Shown here piece by piece: positions 40,701 to 55,600 of a DNA stretch of 64,000 nt (positions are counted from its first letter, which is position 1; each line of letters begins with the position of its first letter). Source of the stretch: the human T2T-CHM13v2.0 reference genome, Homo sapiens; NCBI RefSeq assembly GCF_009914755.1, contig NC_060945.1; one strand, given 5' to 3'. A program made the position numbers and the translations under genes. Below the pieces are notes generated by a model, which was not told the origin of the DNA, ran no database searches, and saw only the letters and a list, made by a program, of their open reading frames with translations.

Positions 40701-43200
40701 ACATATCTCTGCACTGATCTCCCAGGTGCTGTAACTTTAGTCTAGACTCTGGCTACACGGCATTGTGACATATCACTGCACTGATCAACCAGGTGATATA
40801 ACTCTTGTCTAGGCTCTGCCTACAGGGGGCTTGTGACATATCTCTGCACTGATCACCCAGGTGATATAACTCTTCTCTAGGATCTGCCTACCGGGTGCTT
40901 TGTGACATATCCCTGCAATGATCACCCAGGTGATCTAACTCTGGTTTAAGCTCTGCCTAAAGGGGCATTGTGACAGATCTCTGCACTGATCACTCAGGTG
41001 ATGAAACTATTGTCTAGGCTCTGCTTAAAGGGGCCTTGTCACATATCTCTGCAATGATCACCCAGGTGAAGTAACTCTTGTCTAGCCTCTGCTTTCACGG
41101 CATATTGTGACATATCTATGCACTGATCACCTTAGTGATGTAACACTTGTGTAGGCTCGGCCTACAGGGGAATATTGACATATCTCTGCACTGTTAACCG
41201 AGGTGATTTAACTCTTGTCTAGGCTGTGCCCACAGGGGGATTGAGACATATCTCTGCACTGATCCCGAGGTGATCCAACTGTTGCCTGGTCTCTGCCTAC
41301 TGGGGACATTGTGACATATCTCTGCACTGATCTCCCAGGTGATGTAACTTTAGTCTAGGCTCTGGCTACACGGCATTGTGACATATCACTGCACTGATCA
41401 CCCAGGTGATATAAATCTTGTCTAGGCTCTGCCTACAATGACTTTGTGACATATCTCTGCACTGATGACCCAGGTGATATAACTCTTCTCTAGGATCTGA
41501 CCACAGGGTGCTTTGTGGCATTTCCCTGCAATGATCACCCAGGTGATATACCACTTGCCAACGCTCTGCCTACAGGGGCATTGCAATGTATCTCTGCACT
41601 GATCACCTAGGTCTTGTAACTCTTTTCTTCGATCTGCCCTCAGGGTGCTTTTTGACGTATCCCAGCAAGGATTACCCAGGTGATGTACCTCTCATCAAGG
41701 CTCTGCCTACAGGCACATTGCGATGTATCTCTGCACTGATCACCTAGGTCATGTAACTTTTGTCTAGGCTCTGCCTACGATGGCATTGTGGCATATCTCT
41801 GCACTAATCATCCAAGTGATGTAACCCTTGTCTAGGATCTGCCTAAATTAACTTTGTGACATAACCCTGTACTGATCATCCAGGTGATGGGGCTTTTGTC
41901 TAGGCTCTGCCTAAGGGGGCATTGTGACATATTTCTGCATTGATCACCCAGGTGGCGAACTCTTCTCTTGGATCTGCCTATGGGGGCATTGTGACAAATC
42001 TCTGCACTGATCACCCAGGTGATGTAACTGTTGTGTAACCTCTGCCTACAGGGGAATTGTGAGAGATCTCGCCACTGATCACCCAAGTGATGTAACCATT
42101 GTCTAGGCTTTGTGTACAGGGGGCTTTGTGACATACCTTTGCACTGATCACCCAGGTGATGTAACACATCTAAGTTCGGCCTAAAGGAGCTTTGTGACAT
42201 ATCTCTGCACTGATCACTTAGGTGATGTAACACTTTTATAAGCACTGCCTACAGGGAATTTTGACAAATCTCTGCACTGATCACCTAGGTGATGTAACGC
42301 TTGTCTACCCTCTGTCCAACGGGTCATTGTGAAATATCTCTGCACTAATCACCCAGGTGATTCAACTCTTGACTAGGATCTGCCTACAGAGGTTATTGTG
42401 AAATATCTCTGCACTGATAAACTAGGTGGTGTAACCCTTATCCAAGCTCTGCCTACAGGGGCGTTTTCACATATCCCTGAAGTGATGACAAAGGTGATGT
42501 AACTCTTGCCTAGGCTTTGCCTACAGGGGACATTGGACATATATCTGCACTGATCACCCAGGTGATGCAACTCTAACCTAGGCTTTGCCTACAGGGGACA
42601 TTGTGACATATCGCTTCAATGATCACCCGTGTGATGCAACTCTTGCCTAGGCTTTGCCTACAGGGGACATTGTGACATATCTCTGCACTGATCTCCCAGG
42701 TGCTGTAACTTTAGTCTAGACTCTGGCTACACGGCATTGTGACATATCACTGCACTGATCAACCAGGTGATATAACTCTTGTCTAGGCTCTGCCTACAGG
42801 GGGCTTGTGACATAGCTCAGCACTGATCACCCAGATGATATAACTCTTCTCTAGGATCTGCCTACAGGGTGCTTTGTGACATATCCCTGCAATGATCACC
42901 CAGGTGATCTAACTCTGGTTTAAGCTCTGCCTAAAGGGGCATTGTGACAGATCTCTGCACTGATCACTCAGGTGATGTAACTATTGTCTAGGCTCTGCTT
43001 AAAGGGGCCTTGTCACATATCTCTGCAATGATCACCCAGGTGATGTAACTCTTGTCTAGCCTCTGCTTTCACGGCATATTGTGACATATCTATGCACTGA
43101 TCACCTTAGTGATGTAACACTTGTGTAGGCTCGGCCTACAGGGGAATATTGACATATCTCTGCACTGTTAACCGAGGTGATTTAACTCTTGTCTAGGCTG
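25790..43200. repeat. About three copies of a 3-HOR (87-monomer, 5922 bp) super-unit
   Basis: ORF variants cycle MSTVP/MSKVP/MSNVP at 26581/28555/30529, 32503/34477/36451, 38425/40399/42373. Private alleles (GACAGTGGAC, CATAGCTCAGCAC, CAACGGGTC, CCAGGTGGTATACC) recur at 5922-bp spacing. Confidence 0.88.
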
Positions 43201-45530
43201 TGCCCACAGGGGGATTGAGACATACCTCTGCACTGATCCCGAGGTGATCCAACTGTTGCCTGGTCTCTGCCTACTGGTGACATTGTGACATATCTCTGCA
43301 CTGATCTCCCAGGTGCTGTAACTTTAGTCTAGGCTCTGGCTACACGGCATTGTGACATATCACTGCACTGATCACCCAGGTGATATAAATATTGTCTAGG
43401 CTCTGCCTAAAATGGCCTTGTGACATATCTCTGCACTGATCACCCAGGTGATATAACTCTTCTCTAGGATCTGACCACAGGGTGCTTTGTGGTACTTCCC
43501 TGCAATGATCACCCAGGTGATATACCACTTGCCAAGGCTCTGCCTACAGGGGCATTGCAATGTAACTCTGCACTGATCACCTAGGTCTTGTAACTCTTTT
43601 CTTCAATGGGCCCTCAGGATGCTTTTTGACGTATCCCAGCAAGGATTACCCAGGTGTTGTACCTCTCATCAAGGCTCTGCCTACAGGCACATTGCGATGT
43701 ATCTCTGCACTGATCACCTAGGTCATGTAACTTTTGTCTAGGCTCTGCCTACGATGGCATTGTGACATATCTCTGCACTAATCATCGAAGTGATGTAAAC
43801 CTTGTCTAGGATCTGCCTAAATTAACTTTGTGACATAACCCTGTACTGATCATCCAGGTGATGGGGCTTTTGTCTAGGCTCTGCCTAAGGGGGCATTGTG
43901 ACATATTTCTGCATTGATCACCCAGGTGGCGAACTCTTCTCTTGGATCTGCCTATGGGGGCATTGTGACAAAACTCTGCACAGATCACCCAGGTGATGTA
44001 ACTGTTGTGTAACCTCTGCCTACAGGGGAATTGTGAGAGATCTCGCCACTGATCACCCAAGTGATGTAACCATTGTCTAGGCTTTGCGTACAGGGGGCTT
44101 TGTGACATACCTTTGCACTGATCACCCAGGTGATGTAACACATCTATGTTCGGCCTAAAGGAGCTTTGTGACATATCTCTGCACTGATCATTTAGGTGAT
44201 GTAACACTTTTATAAGCACTGCCTACAGGGAATTTTGACAAATCTCTGCACTGATCACCTAGGTGATGTAACGCTTGTCTACCCTCTGTCCAACGGGGCA
44301 TTGTGAAATATCTCTGCACTGATCACCCAGGCGATTCAATTCTTGACTAGGATCTGCCTACAGAGGTTATTGTGAAATATCTCTGCACTGATAAACTAGG
44401 TGGTGTAACCCTTATCCAAGCTCTGCCTACAGGGGCGTTTTCACATATCCCTGAAGTGATGACAAAGGTGATGTAACTGTTGCCTATGCTTTGCCTACAA
44501 GGGGACATTGGACATATATCTGCACTGATCACCCAGGTGATGCAACTCTTGCCTAGGCTTTGCCTACAGGGGACATTGTGACATATCGCTTCAATGATCA
44601 CCCATGTGATGCAACTCTTGCCTAGGCTTTGCCTACAGGGAACATTGTGACATATCTCTGCACTGATCTCCCAGGTGCTGTAACTTTAGTCTAGACTCTG
44701 GCTACACGGCATTGTGACATATCACTGCACTGATCAACCAGGTGATATAACTCTTGTCTAGGCTCTGCCTACAGGGGGCTTGTGACATATCTCTGCACTG
44801 ATCACCCAGGTGATATAACTCTTCTCTAGGATCTGCCTACAGGGTGCTTTGTGACATATCCCTGCAATGATCACCCAGGTGATCTAACTCTGGTTTAAGC
44901 TCTGCCTAAAGGGGCATTGTGACAGATCTCTGCACTGATCACTCAGGTGATGAAACTATTGTCTAGGCTCTGCTTAAAGGGGCCTTGTCACATATCTCTG
45001 CAATGATCACCCAGGTGATGTAACTCTTGTCTAGCCTCTGCTTCCACGGCATATTGTGACATATCTATGCACTGATCACCTTAGTGATGTAACACTTGTG
45101 TAGGCTCGGCCTACAGGGGAATATTGACATATCTCTGCACTGTTAACCGAGGTGATTTAACTCTTGTCTAGGCTGTGCCCACAGGGGGATTGAGACATAT
45201 CTCTGCACTGATCCCGAGGTGATCCAACTGTTCCCTGGTCTCTGCCTACTGGGGACATTGTGACATATCTCTGCACTGATCTCCCAGGTGCTGTAACTTT
45301 AGTCTAGGCTCTGGCTACACGGCATTGCGACATATCACTGCACTGATCACCCAGGTGATATAAATCTTGTCTAGGCTCTGCCTAAAATGGCCTTGTGACA
45401 TATCTCTGCACTGATCACCCAGGTGATATAACTCTTCTCTAGGATCTGACCACAGGGTGCTTTGTGGCATTTCCCTGCAATGATCACCCAGGTGATATAC
45501 CAATTGCCAACGCTCTGCCTACAGGGGCAT

Positions 45531-46890
45531 TGCAATGTATCTCTGCACTGATCACCTAGGTCTTGTAACTCTTTTCTTCGATCTGCCCTCAGGGTGCTTT
45601 TTGACGTATCCCAGCAAGGATTACCCAGGTGATGTACCTCTCATCAAGGCTCTGCCTACAGGCACATTGCGATGTATCTCTGCACTGATCACCTAGGTCA
45701 TGTAACTTTTGTCTAGGCTCTGCCTACGATGGCATTGTGACATATCTCTGCACTAATCATCCAAGTGATGTAAACCTTGTCTACGATCTGCCTAAATTAA
45801 CTTTGTGACATAACCCTGTACTGATCATCCAGGTGATGGGGCTTTTGTCTAGGCTCTACCTAAGGGGGCATTGTGACATATTTCTGCATTGATCACCCAG
45901 GTGGCGAACTATTCTCTTGGATCTGCCTATGGGGGCATTGTGACAAATCTCTGCACTGATCACCCAGGTGATGTAACTGTTGTGTAACCTCTGCCTACAG
46001 GGGAATTGTGAGAGATCTCGCCACTGATCACCCAAGTGATGTAACAATTGTCTGGGCTTTGCGTACAGGGGGCTTTGTGACATACCTTTGCACTGATCAC
46101 CCAGGTGATGTAACACATCTATGTTCGGCCTAAAGGAGCTTTGTGACATATCTCTGCACTGATCACCCAGGTGATATAACTCTTCTCTAGGATCTGCCTA
46201 CAGGGTGCTTTGTGACATATCCCTGCAATGATCACCCAGGTGATCTAACTCTGGTTTAAGCTCTGCCTAAAGGGGCATTGTGACAGATCTCTGCACTGAT
46301 CACTCAGGTGATGAAACTATTGTCTAGGCTCTGCTTAACGGGGCCTTGTCACATATCTCTGCAATGATCACCCAGGTGATGTAACTCTTGTCTAGCCTCT
46401 GCTTCCACGGCATATTGTGACATATCATGCACTGATCACCTTAGTGATGTAACACTTGTGTAGGCTCGGCCTACAGGGGAATATTGACATATCTCTGCAC
46501 TGTTAACTGAGGTGATTTAACTCTTGTCTAGGCTGTGCCCACAGGGGGATTGAGACATATCTCTGCACTGATCCCGAGGTGATCCAACTGTTGCCTGGTC
46601 TCTGCCTACTGGTGACATTGTGACATATCTCTGCACTGATCTCCCAGGTGCTGTAACTTTAGTCTAGGCTTTGGCTACACGGCATTGTGACATATCACTG
46701 CACTGATCACCCAGGTGATATAAATCTTGTCTAGGCTCTGCCTAAAATGGCCTTGTGACATATCTCTGCACTGATCACCCAGGTGATATAACTCTTCTCT
46801 AGGATCTGACCGCAGGGTGCTTTGTGGCATTTCCCTGCAATGATCACCCAGGTGATATACCACTTGCCAACGCTCTGCCTACAGGGGCAT
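45531..46890. repeat. 20-mer HOR variant (1360 bp; nine monomers, ~613 bp, deleted at 46141-46166)
   Basis: AAAGGAGCTTTGTGACATATCTCTGCACTGATCAC joins directly to CCAGGTGATATAACTCTTCTCTAGG. ORF spacing 45315 to 46675 is 1360. Confidence 0.9.
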
Positions 46891-48795
46891 TGCAATGTAT
46901 CTCTGCACTGATCACCTAGGTCTTGTAACTCTTTTCTTCGATCTGCCTTCAGGGTGCTTTTTGACGTATCCCAGCAAGGATTACCCAGGTGATGTACCTC
47001 TCATCAAGGGTCTGCCTACAGGCACATTGCCATGTATCTCTGCACTGATCACCTAGGTCATGTAACTTTTGTCTAGGCTCTGCCTACGATGGCATTGTGA
47101 CATATCTCTGCACTAATCATCCAAGTGATGTAAACCTTGTCTACGATCTGCCTAAATTAACTTTGTGACATAACCCTGTACTGATCATCCAGGTGATGGG
47201 GCTTTTGTCTAGGCTCTGCCTAAGGGGGCATTGTGACATATTTCTGCATTGATCACCCAGGTGGCGAACTCTTCTCTTGGATCTGCCTATGGGGACATTG
47301 TGACAAATCTCTGCAATGGTCACCCAGGTGATGTAACTGTTGTGTAACCTCTGCCTACAGAGGAATTGTGAGAGATCTCGCCACTGATCACCCAAGTGAT
47401 GTAACCATAGTCTAGGCTTTGCGTACAGGTGGCTTTGTGACATACCTTTGCACTGATCACCCAGGTGATGTAACACATCTAAGTTCGGACTAAAGGAGCT
47501 TTGTGACATATCTCTGCACTGATCACTTAGGTGATGTAACACTTTTATAAGCATGGCCTACAGGGAATTTTGACAAATCTCTGCACTGATCACCTAGGTG
47601 ATGTAACGCTTGTCTACCCTCTGTGCAACGGGGCATTGTGAAATATCTGTGCACTGATCACCCAGGTGATTCAACTCTTGACTAGGATCAGCCTACAGAG
47701 GTTATTGTGAAATATCTCTGCACTGATAAACTAGGTGGTGTAACCCTTATCCAAGCTCTGCCTACAGGGGCGTTTTCACATATCCCTGAAGTGATGACAA
47801 AGGTGATGTAACTCTTGCCTAGGCTTTGCCTACAGGGGACATTGGACATATATCTGCACTGATCACCCAGGTGATGCAACTCTTGCCTAGGCTTTGCCTA
47901 CAGGGGACATTGTGACATATCTCTGCACTGATCTCCCAGGTGCTGTAACTTTAGTCTAGACTCTGGCTACACGGCATTGTGACATATCACTGCACTGATC
48001 AACCAGGTGATATAACTCTTGTATAGGCTCTGCCTACAGGGGGCTTGTGACATATCTCTGCACTGGTCACCCAGGTGATATAACTCTTCTCTAGGATCTG
48101 CCTACAGGGTGCTTTGTGACATAACCCTGCAATGATCACCCAGGTGATCTAACTCTGGTTTAAGCTCTGCCTAAAGGGGCATTGTGACAGATCTCTGCAC
48201 TGATCACTCAGGTGATGTAACTATTGTCTAGGCTCTGCTTAAAGGGGCCTTGTCACATATCTCTGCAATGATCACCCAGGTGATGTAACTCTTGTCTAGC
48301 CTCTACTTTCACGGCATATTGTGACATATCTATGCACTGATAACCTTAGTGATGTAACACTTGTGTAGGCTCGGCCTACAGGGGAATATAGACATATCTC
48401 TGCACTGTTAACCGAGGTGATTTAACTCTTGTCTAGGCTGTGCCCACAGGGGGATTGAGACATATCTCTGCACTGATCCCGAGGTGATCCAACTGTTGCC
48501 TGGTCTCTGCCTACTGGGGACATTGTGACATATCTCTGCACTGATATCCCAGGTGCTGTAACTTTAGTCTAGGCTCTGGCTACACGGCATTGTGACATAT
48601 CACTGCACTGATCACCCAGGTGATATAAATCTTGTCTAGGCTCTGCCTACAAAGGCCTTGTGACATATCTCTGCACTGATCACCCAGGTGATATAACTCT
48701 TCTCTAGGATCTGACCACAGGGTGCTTTGTGGCATTTCCCTGCAATGATCGCCCAGGTGATATACCACTTGCCAAGGCTCTGCCTACAGGGGCAT
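46891..48795. repeat. 28-mer HOR variant (1905 bp; the ATATCGCTTCAATG monomer is missing, junction 47871-47921)
   Basis: ORF spacing 47141 to 49046 is 1905. GCTTCAATGATCACCCATGTG is absent from this unit. Confidence 0.9.
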
Positions 48796-50769
48796 TGCAA
48801 TGTATCTCTGCACTGATCACCTAGGTCTTGTAACTCTTTTCTAGGATCTGCCCACAGGGTGCTTTTTGACGTATCCCAGCAAGGATTACCCAGGTGATGT
48901 ACCTCTCATCAAGGCTCTGCCTACAGGCACATTGCGATGTATCTCTGCACTGATCACCTAGGTCATGTAACTTTTGTGTAGGCTCTGCCTGCGTTGGCAT
49001 TGTGAGATATCTCTGCACTAATCATCCAAGTGATGTAACCCTTGTCTAGGATCTGCCTAAATTAACTTTGTGACATAACCCTGTACTGATCATCCAGGTG
49101 ATGGGGCTTTTGTCTAGGCTCTGCCTAAGGGGGCATTGTGACATATTTCTGCATTGATCACCCAGGTGGCGAACTCTTCTCTTGGATCTGCCTATGGGGG
49201 CATTGTGACAAATCTCTGCACTGATCACCCAGGTGATGTAAATGTTGTGTAACCTCTGGCTACAGGGGAATTGTGAGAGATCTCGCCACTGATCACCCAA
49301 GTGATGTAACCATTGTCTAGGCTTTGCATACAGGGGGCTTTGTGACATACCTTTGCACTGATCACCCTGGTGATGTAACACATCTATGTTCGGCCTAAAG
49401 GAGCTTTGTGACATATCTCTGCACTGATCACTTAGGTGATGTAACACTTTTATAAGCACTGCCTACAGGGAATTTTGACAAATCTCTGCACTGATCACCT
49501 AGGTGATGTAACGCTTGTCTACCCTCTGTCCAACGGGGCATTGTGAAATATCTCTGCACTGATCACCCAGGTGATTCAACTCTTGACTAGGATCTGCCTA
49601 CAGAGGTTATTGTGAAATATCTCTGCACTGATAAACTAGGTGGTGTAACCCTTATCCAAGCTCTGCCTACAGGGGTGTTTTCACATATCCCTGAAGTGAT
49701 GACAAAGGTGATGTAACTCTTGCCTAGGCTTTGCCTACAGGGGACATTGGACATATATCTGCACTGATCACCCAGGTGATGCAACTCTTGCCTAGGCTTT
49801 GCCTACAGGGGACATTGTGATATATCGCTTCAATGATCACCCATGTGATGCAACTCTTGCCTAGGCTTTGCCTACAGGGGACATTGTGACATATCTCTGC
49901 ACTGATCTCCCAGGTGCTGTAACTTTAGTCTAGACTCTGGCTACACGATATTGTGACATATCACTGCAATGATCAACCAGGTGATATAACTCTTGTCTAG
50001 GCTCTGCCTACAGGGGGCTTGTGACATATCTCTGCACTGATCACCCAGGTGATATAACTCTTCTCTAGGGTCTGCCTACAGGGTGCTTTGTGACATATCC
50101 CTGCAATGATCACCCAGGTGATCTAACTCTGGTTTAAGCTCTGCCTAAAGGGGCATTGTGACAGATCTCTACACTGATCACTCAGGTGATGAAACTATTG
50201 TCTAGGCTCTGCTTAAAGGGGCCTTGTCACATATCTCTGCAATGATCACCCAGGTGATGTAACTCTTGTCTAGCCTCTGCTTCCACGGCATATTGTGACA
50301 TATCTATGCACTGATCACCTTAGTGATGTAACACTTGTGTAGCCTCGGCCTACAGGGGAATATTGACATATCTCTGCACTGTTAACCGAGGTGATTTAAC
50401 TCTTGTCTAGGCTGTGCCCACAGGGGGATTGAGACATATCTCTGCACTGAACCCGAGGTGATCCAACTGTTGCCTGGTCTCTGCTTACTGGGGACATTGT
50501 GACATATCTCTGCACTGATCTCCTAGGTGCTGTAACTTTAGTCTAGGATCTGGCTACACGGCATTGTGACATATCACTGCACTGATCACCCAGGTGATAT
50601 AAATCTTGTCTAGGCTCTGCCTACAATGGCCTTGTGACATATCTCTGCACTGATCACCCAGGTGATATAACTCTTCTCTAGGATCTGACCACAGGGTGCT
50701 TTGTGGCATTTCCCTGCAATGATCACCCAGGTGATATACCACTTGCCAATGCTCTGCCTACAGGGGCAT

Positions 50770-52674
50770 TGCAATGTATCTCTGCACTGATCACCTAGGT
50801 CTTGTAACTCTTTCCTAGGATCTGCCCACAGGGTGTTTTTTGACGTATCCCAGCAAGGATTACCCAGGTGATGTACCGCTCATCAAGGCTCTGCCTACAG
50901 GCACATTGCGATGTATCTCTGCACTGATCACCTAGGTCATGTAACTTTTGTCTAGGCTCTGCCTACCATGGCATTGTGACATATCTCTGCACTAATCATC
51001 CAAGTGATGTAACGCTTGTCTAGGATCTGCCTAAATTAACTTTGTGACATAACCCTGTACTGATCATCCAGGTGATGGGGCTTTTGTCTAGGCTCTGCCT
51101 AAGGGGGCATTGTGACATATTTCTGCATTGGTCACCCAGGTGGCGAACTCTTCTCTTGGATCTGCCTATGGGGGCATTGTGACAAATCTCTGCACTGATC
51201 ACCCAGGTGATGTAACAGTTGTGTAACCTCTGCCTACAGGGGAATTGTGAGAGATCTCGCCACTGATCACCCAACTGATGTAACCATTGTCTAGGCTTTG
51301 CGTACAGGGGGCTTTGTGACATACCTTTGCACTGATCACCCAGGTGATGTAACACATCTAAGTTCGGCCTAAAGGAGCTTTGTGACATATCTCTGCACTG
51401 ATCACTTAGGTGATGTAACACTTTTATAAGCACTGCCTACAGGGAATTTTGACAAATCTCTGCACTGATCACCTAGGTGATGTAACGCTTGTCTACCCTC
51501 TGTCCAACGGGGCATTGTGAAATATCTCTGCACTGATCACCCAGGTGATTCAACTCTTGACTAGGATCTGCCTACAGAGTTTATTGTGAAATATCTCTGC
51601 ACTGATAAACTAGGTGGTGTAACCCTTATCCAAGCTCTGCCTACAGGGGCGTTTTCACGTATCCCTGAAGTGATGACAAAGGTGATGTAACTCTTGCCTA
51701 GGCTTTGCCTACAGGGGACATTGGACATATATCTGCACTGATCACCCAGGTGATGCAAATCTTGCCTAGGCTTTGCCTACAGGGGATATTTTGACATATC
51801 TCTGCACTGATCTCCCAGGTGCTGTAACTTTAGTCTAGACTCTGGCTACACGGCATTGTGACATATCACTGCACTGATCAACCAGGTGATATAACTCTTG
51901 TCTAGTCTCTGCCTACAGGTGGCTTGTGACATATCTCTGCACTGGTCACCCAGGTGATATAATTCTTCTCTACGATCTGCCTACAGGGTGCTTTGTGACA
52001 TATCCCTGCAATGATCACCCAGGTGATCCAACTCTGGTTTAAGCTCTGCCTAAAGGGGCATTGTTACAGATCTCTGCACTGATCACTCAGGTGATGTAAC
52101 TATTGTCTAGGGTCTGCTTAAAGGGGCCTTGTCACATATCTCTGCAATGATCACCCAGGTGATGTAACTCTTGTCTAGCCTCTGCTTCCACGGCATATTG
52201 TGACATATCTATGCACTGATCACCTTAGTGATGTAACACTTGTGTAGGCTCGGCCTACAGGGGAATATTGACATATCTCTGCACTGTTAACCGAGGTGAT
52301 TTATCTCTTGTCTACGCTGTGCCCACAGGGGGATTGATTCATATCTCTGCACTGATCCCGAGGTGATCCAACTCTTGCCTGGTCTCTGCCTACTGGGGAC
52401 ATTGTGACATATCTCTGCACTGATCTCCCAGGTGCTGTAACTTTAGTCTAGGCTCTGGCTACACGGCATTGTGACATATCACTGCACTGATCAGCCAGGT
52501 GATATAAATCTTGTCTAGGCTCTGCCTACAATGGCCTTGTGACATATCTCTGCACTGATCACCCAGGTGATATAACTCTTCTCTAGGATCTGACCACAGG
52601 GTGCTTTGTGGCATTTCCCTGCAATGATCACCCAGGTGATATACCACTTGCCAAGGCTCTGCCTACAGGGGCAT
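50770..52674. repeat. 28-mer HOR variant (1905 bp; same monomer missing, junction ~51750-51800)
   Basis: ORF spacing 50554 to 52459 is 1905. GCTTCAATGATCACCCATGTG is absent from this unit. Confidence 0.9.
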
Positions 52675-55600
52675 TGCAATGTATCTCTGCACTGATCACC
52701 TAGGTCTTGTAACTCTTTTCTAGGATCTGCCCACAGGGTGTTTTTTGACGTATCCCAGCAAGGATTACCCAGGTGATGTACCGCTCATCAAGGCTCTGCC
52801 TACAGGCACATTGCGATGTATCTCTGCACTGATCACCTAGGTCATGTAACTTTTGTCTAGGCTCTGCCTACCATGGCATTGTGACATATCTCTGCACTAA
52901 TCATCCAAGTGATGTAACCCTTGTCCAGGATATGCCTAAATTAACTTTGTGACATAACCCTGTACTGATCATCCAGATGAAGGGGCTTTTTTCTAGGCTC
53001 TGCCTAAGGGGGCATTGTGACATATTTTTGCATTGATCACCCAGGTGGCGAACTCTTCTCTTGGATCTGCCTATGGGGGCATTGTGACAAATCTCTGCAC
53101 TGATCACCCAGGTGATGTAACTGTTGTGTAACCTCTGCCTACAGGGGAATTGTGAGAGATCTCGCCACTGATCACCCAAGTGATGTAACCATTGTCTAGG
53201 CTTTGCGTACACGGGGCTTTGTGACATACCTTTGCACTGATCACCCAGGTGATGTAATACATCTAAGTTCGGCCTAAAGGAGCTTTGTGACATATGTCTG
53301 CACTCATCACTTAGGTGATGTAACACTTTTATAAGCACTGCCTACAGGGAATTTTGACAAATCTCTGCACTGATCACCTAGGTGATGTAACGCTTGTCTA
53401 CCCTCTGTCCAACGGAGCATTGTGAAATATCTCTGCACTGATCACCCAGGTGATTCAACTCTTGACTAGGATCTGCCTACAGAGTTTATTGTGAAATATC
53501 TCTGCACTGATAAACTAGGTGGTGTAACCCTTATCCAAGCTCTGCCTACAGGGGCGTTTTCACGTATCCCTGAAGTGATGACAAAGGTGATGTAACTCTT
53601 GCCTAGGCTTTGCCTACAGGGGACATTGGACATATATCTGCACTGATCACCCAGGTGATGCAAATCTTGCCTAGGCTTTGCCTACAGGGGACATTGTGAC
53701 ATATCGCTTCAATGATCACCCATGTGATGCAACACTTGCCTAGGCTTTGCCTACAGCGGACATTGTGACATATCTCTGCACTGATCTCCCAGGTGCTGTA
53801 ACTTTAGTCTAGACTCTGGCTACACGGCATTGTGACATATCACTGCACTGATCAACCAGGTGATATAACTCTTGTCTAGGCTCTGCCTACAGGGGGCTTG
53901 TGACATATCTCTGCACTGGTCACCCAGGTGATATAATTCTTCTCTACGATCTGCCTACAGGGTGCTTTGTGACATATCCCTGCAATGATCACCCAGGTGA
54001 TCCAACTCTGGTTTAAGCTCTGCCTAAAGGGGCATTGTTACAGATCTCTGCACTGATCACTCAGGTGATGTAACTATTGTCTAGGCTCTGCTTAAAGGGG
54101 CCTTGTCACATATCTCTGCAATGATCACCCAGGTGATGTAACTCTTGTCTAGCCTCTGCTTCCACGGCATATTGTGACATATCTATGCACTGATCACCTT
54201 AGTGATGTAACACTTGTGTAGCCTCGGCCTACAGGGGAATATTGACATATCTCTGCACTGTTAACCGAGGTGATTTATCTCTTGTCTACGCTGTGCCCAC
54301 AGGGGGATTGATTCATATCTCTGCACTGATCCCGAGGTGATCCAACTGTTGCCTGGTCTCTGCCTACTGGGGACATTGTGACATATCTCTGCACTGATCT
54401 CCCAGGTGCTGTAACTTTAGTCTAGGCTCTGGCTACACGGCATTGTGACATATCACTGCACTGATCACCCAGGTGATATAAATCTTGTCTAGGCTCTGCC
54501 TACAATGGCCTTGTGACATATCTCTGCACTGATCACCCAGGTGATATAACTCTTCTCTAGGATCTGACCACAGGGTGCTTTGTGGCATTTCCCTGCAATG
54601 ATCACCCAGTTGATATACCACTTGCCAAGGCTCTGCCTACAGGGGCATTGCAATGTATCTCTGCACTGATCACCTAGGTCTTGTAACTCTTTTCTAGGAT
54701 CTGCCCACAGGGTGTTTTTTGACGTATCCCAGCAAGGATTACCCAGGTGATGTACCTCTCATCAAGGCTCTGCCTACAGGCACATTGCGATGTATCTCTG
54801 CACTGATCACCTAGGTCATGTAACTTTTGTCTAGGCTCTGCCTACCATGGCATTGTGACATATCTCTGCACTAATCATCCAAGTGATATAACCCTTGTCT
54901 AGGATCTGCCTAAATTAACTTTGTGACATAACCCTGTACTGATCATCCAGGTGATGGGGCTTTTGTCTAGGCTCTGCCTAAGGGGGCATTGTGACATATT
55001 TCTGCATTGATCACCCAGGTGGCGAACTCTTCTCTTGGATCTGCCTATGGGGGCATTGTGACAAATCTCTGCACTGATCACCCAGGTGATGTAACTGTTG
55101 TGTAACCTCTGCCTACAAGGGAATTGTGAGAGATCTCGCCACTGATCACCCAAGTGATGTAACCATTGTCTAGGCTTTGCGTACAGGGGGCTTTGTGACA
55201 TACCTTTGCACTGATCACCCAGGTGATGTAACACATCTAAGTTCGGCCTAAAGGAGCTTTGTGACATATCTCTGCACTGATCACGTAGGTGATGTAACAC
55301 TTTTATAAGCACTGCCTACAGGGAATTTTGACAAATCTCTGCACTGATCACCTAGGTGATGTAACGCTTGTCTACCCTCTGTCCAACGGGGCATTGTGAA
55401 ATATCTCTGCACTGATCACCCAGGTGATTCAACTCTTGACTAGGATCTGCCTACAGAGGTTATTGTGAAATATCTCTGCACTGATAAACTAGGTGGTGTA
55501 ACCCTTATCCAAGCTCTGCCTACAGGGGCGTTTTCACGTATCCCTGAAGTGATGACAAAGGTGATGTAACTCTTGCCTAGGCTTTGCCTACAGGGGACAT

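Noticed and set aside
4541-46430. Isolated 1-bp deletions (~4550, ~14817, ~19985, ~46426)
   Set aside because: Singletons that explain 1-bp shorter unit lengths. They could be ordinary mutations or consensus errors and show no pattern.
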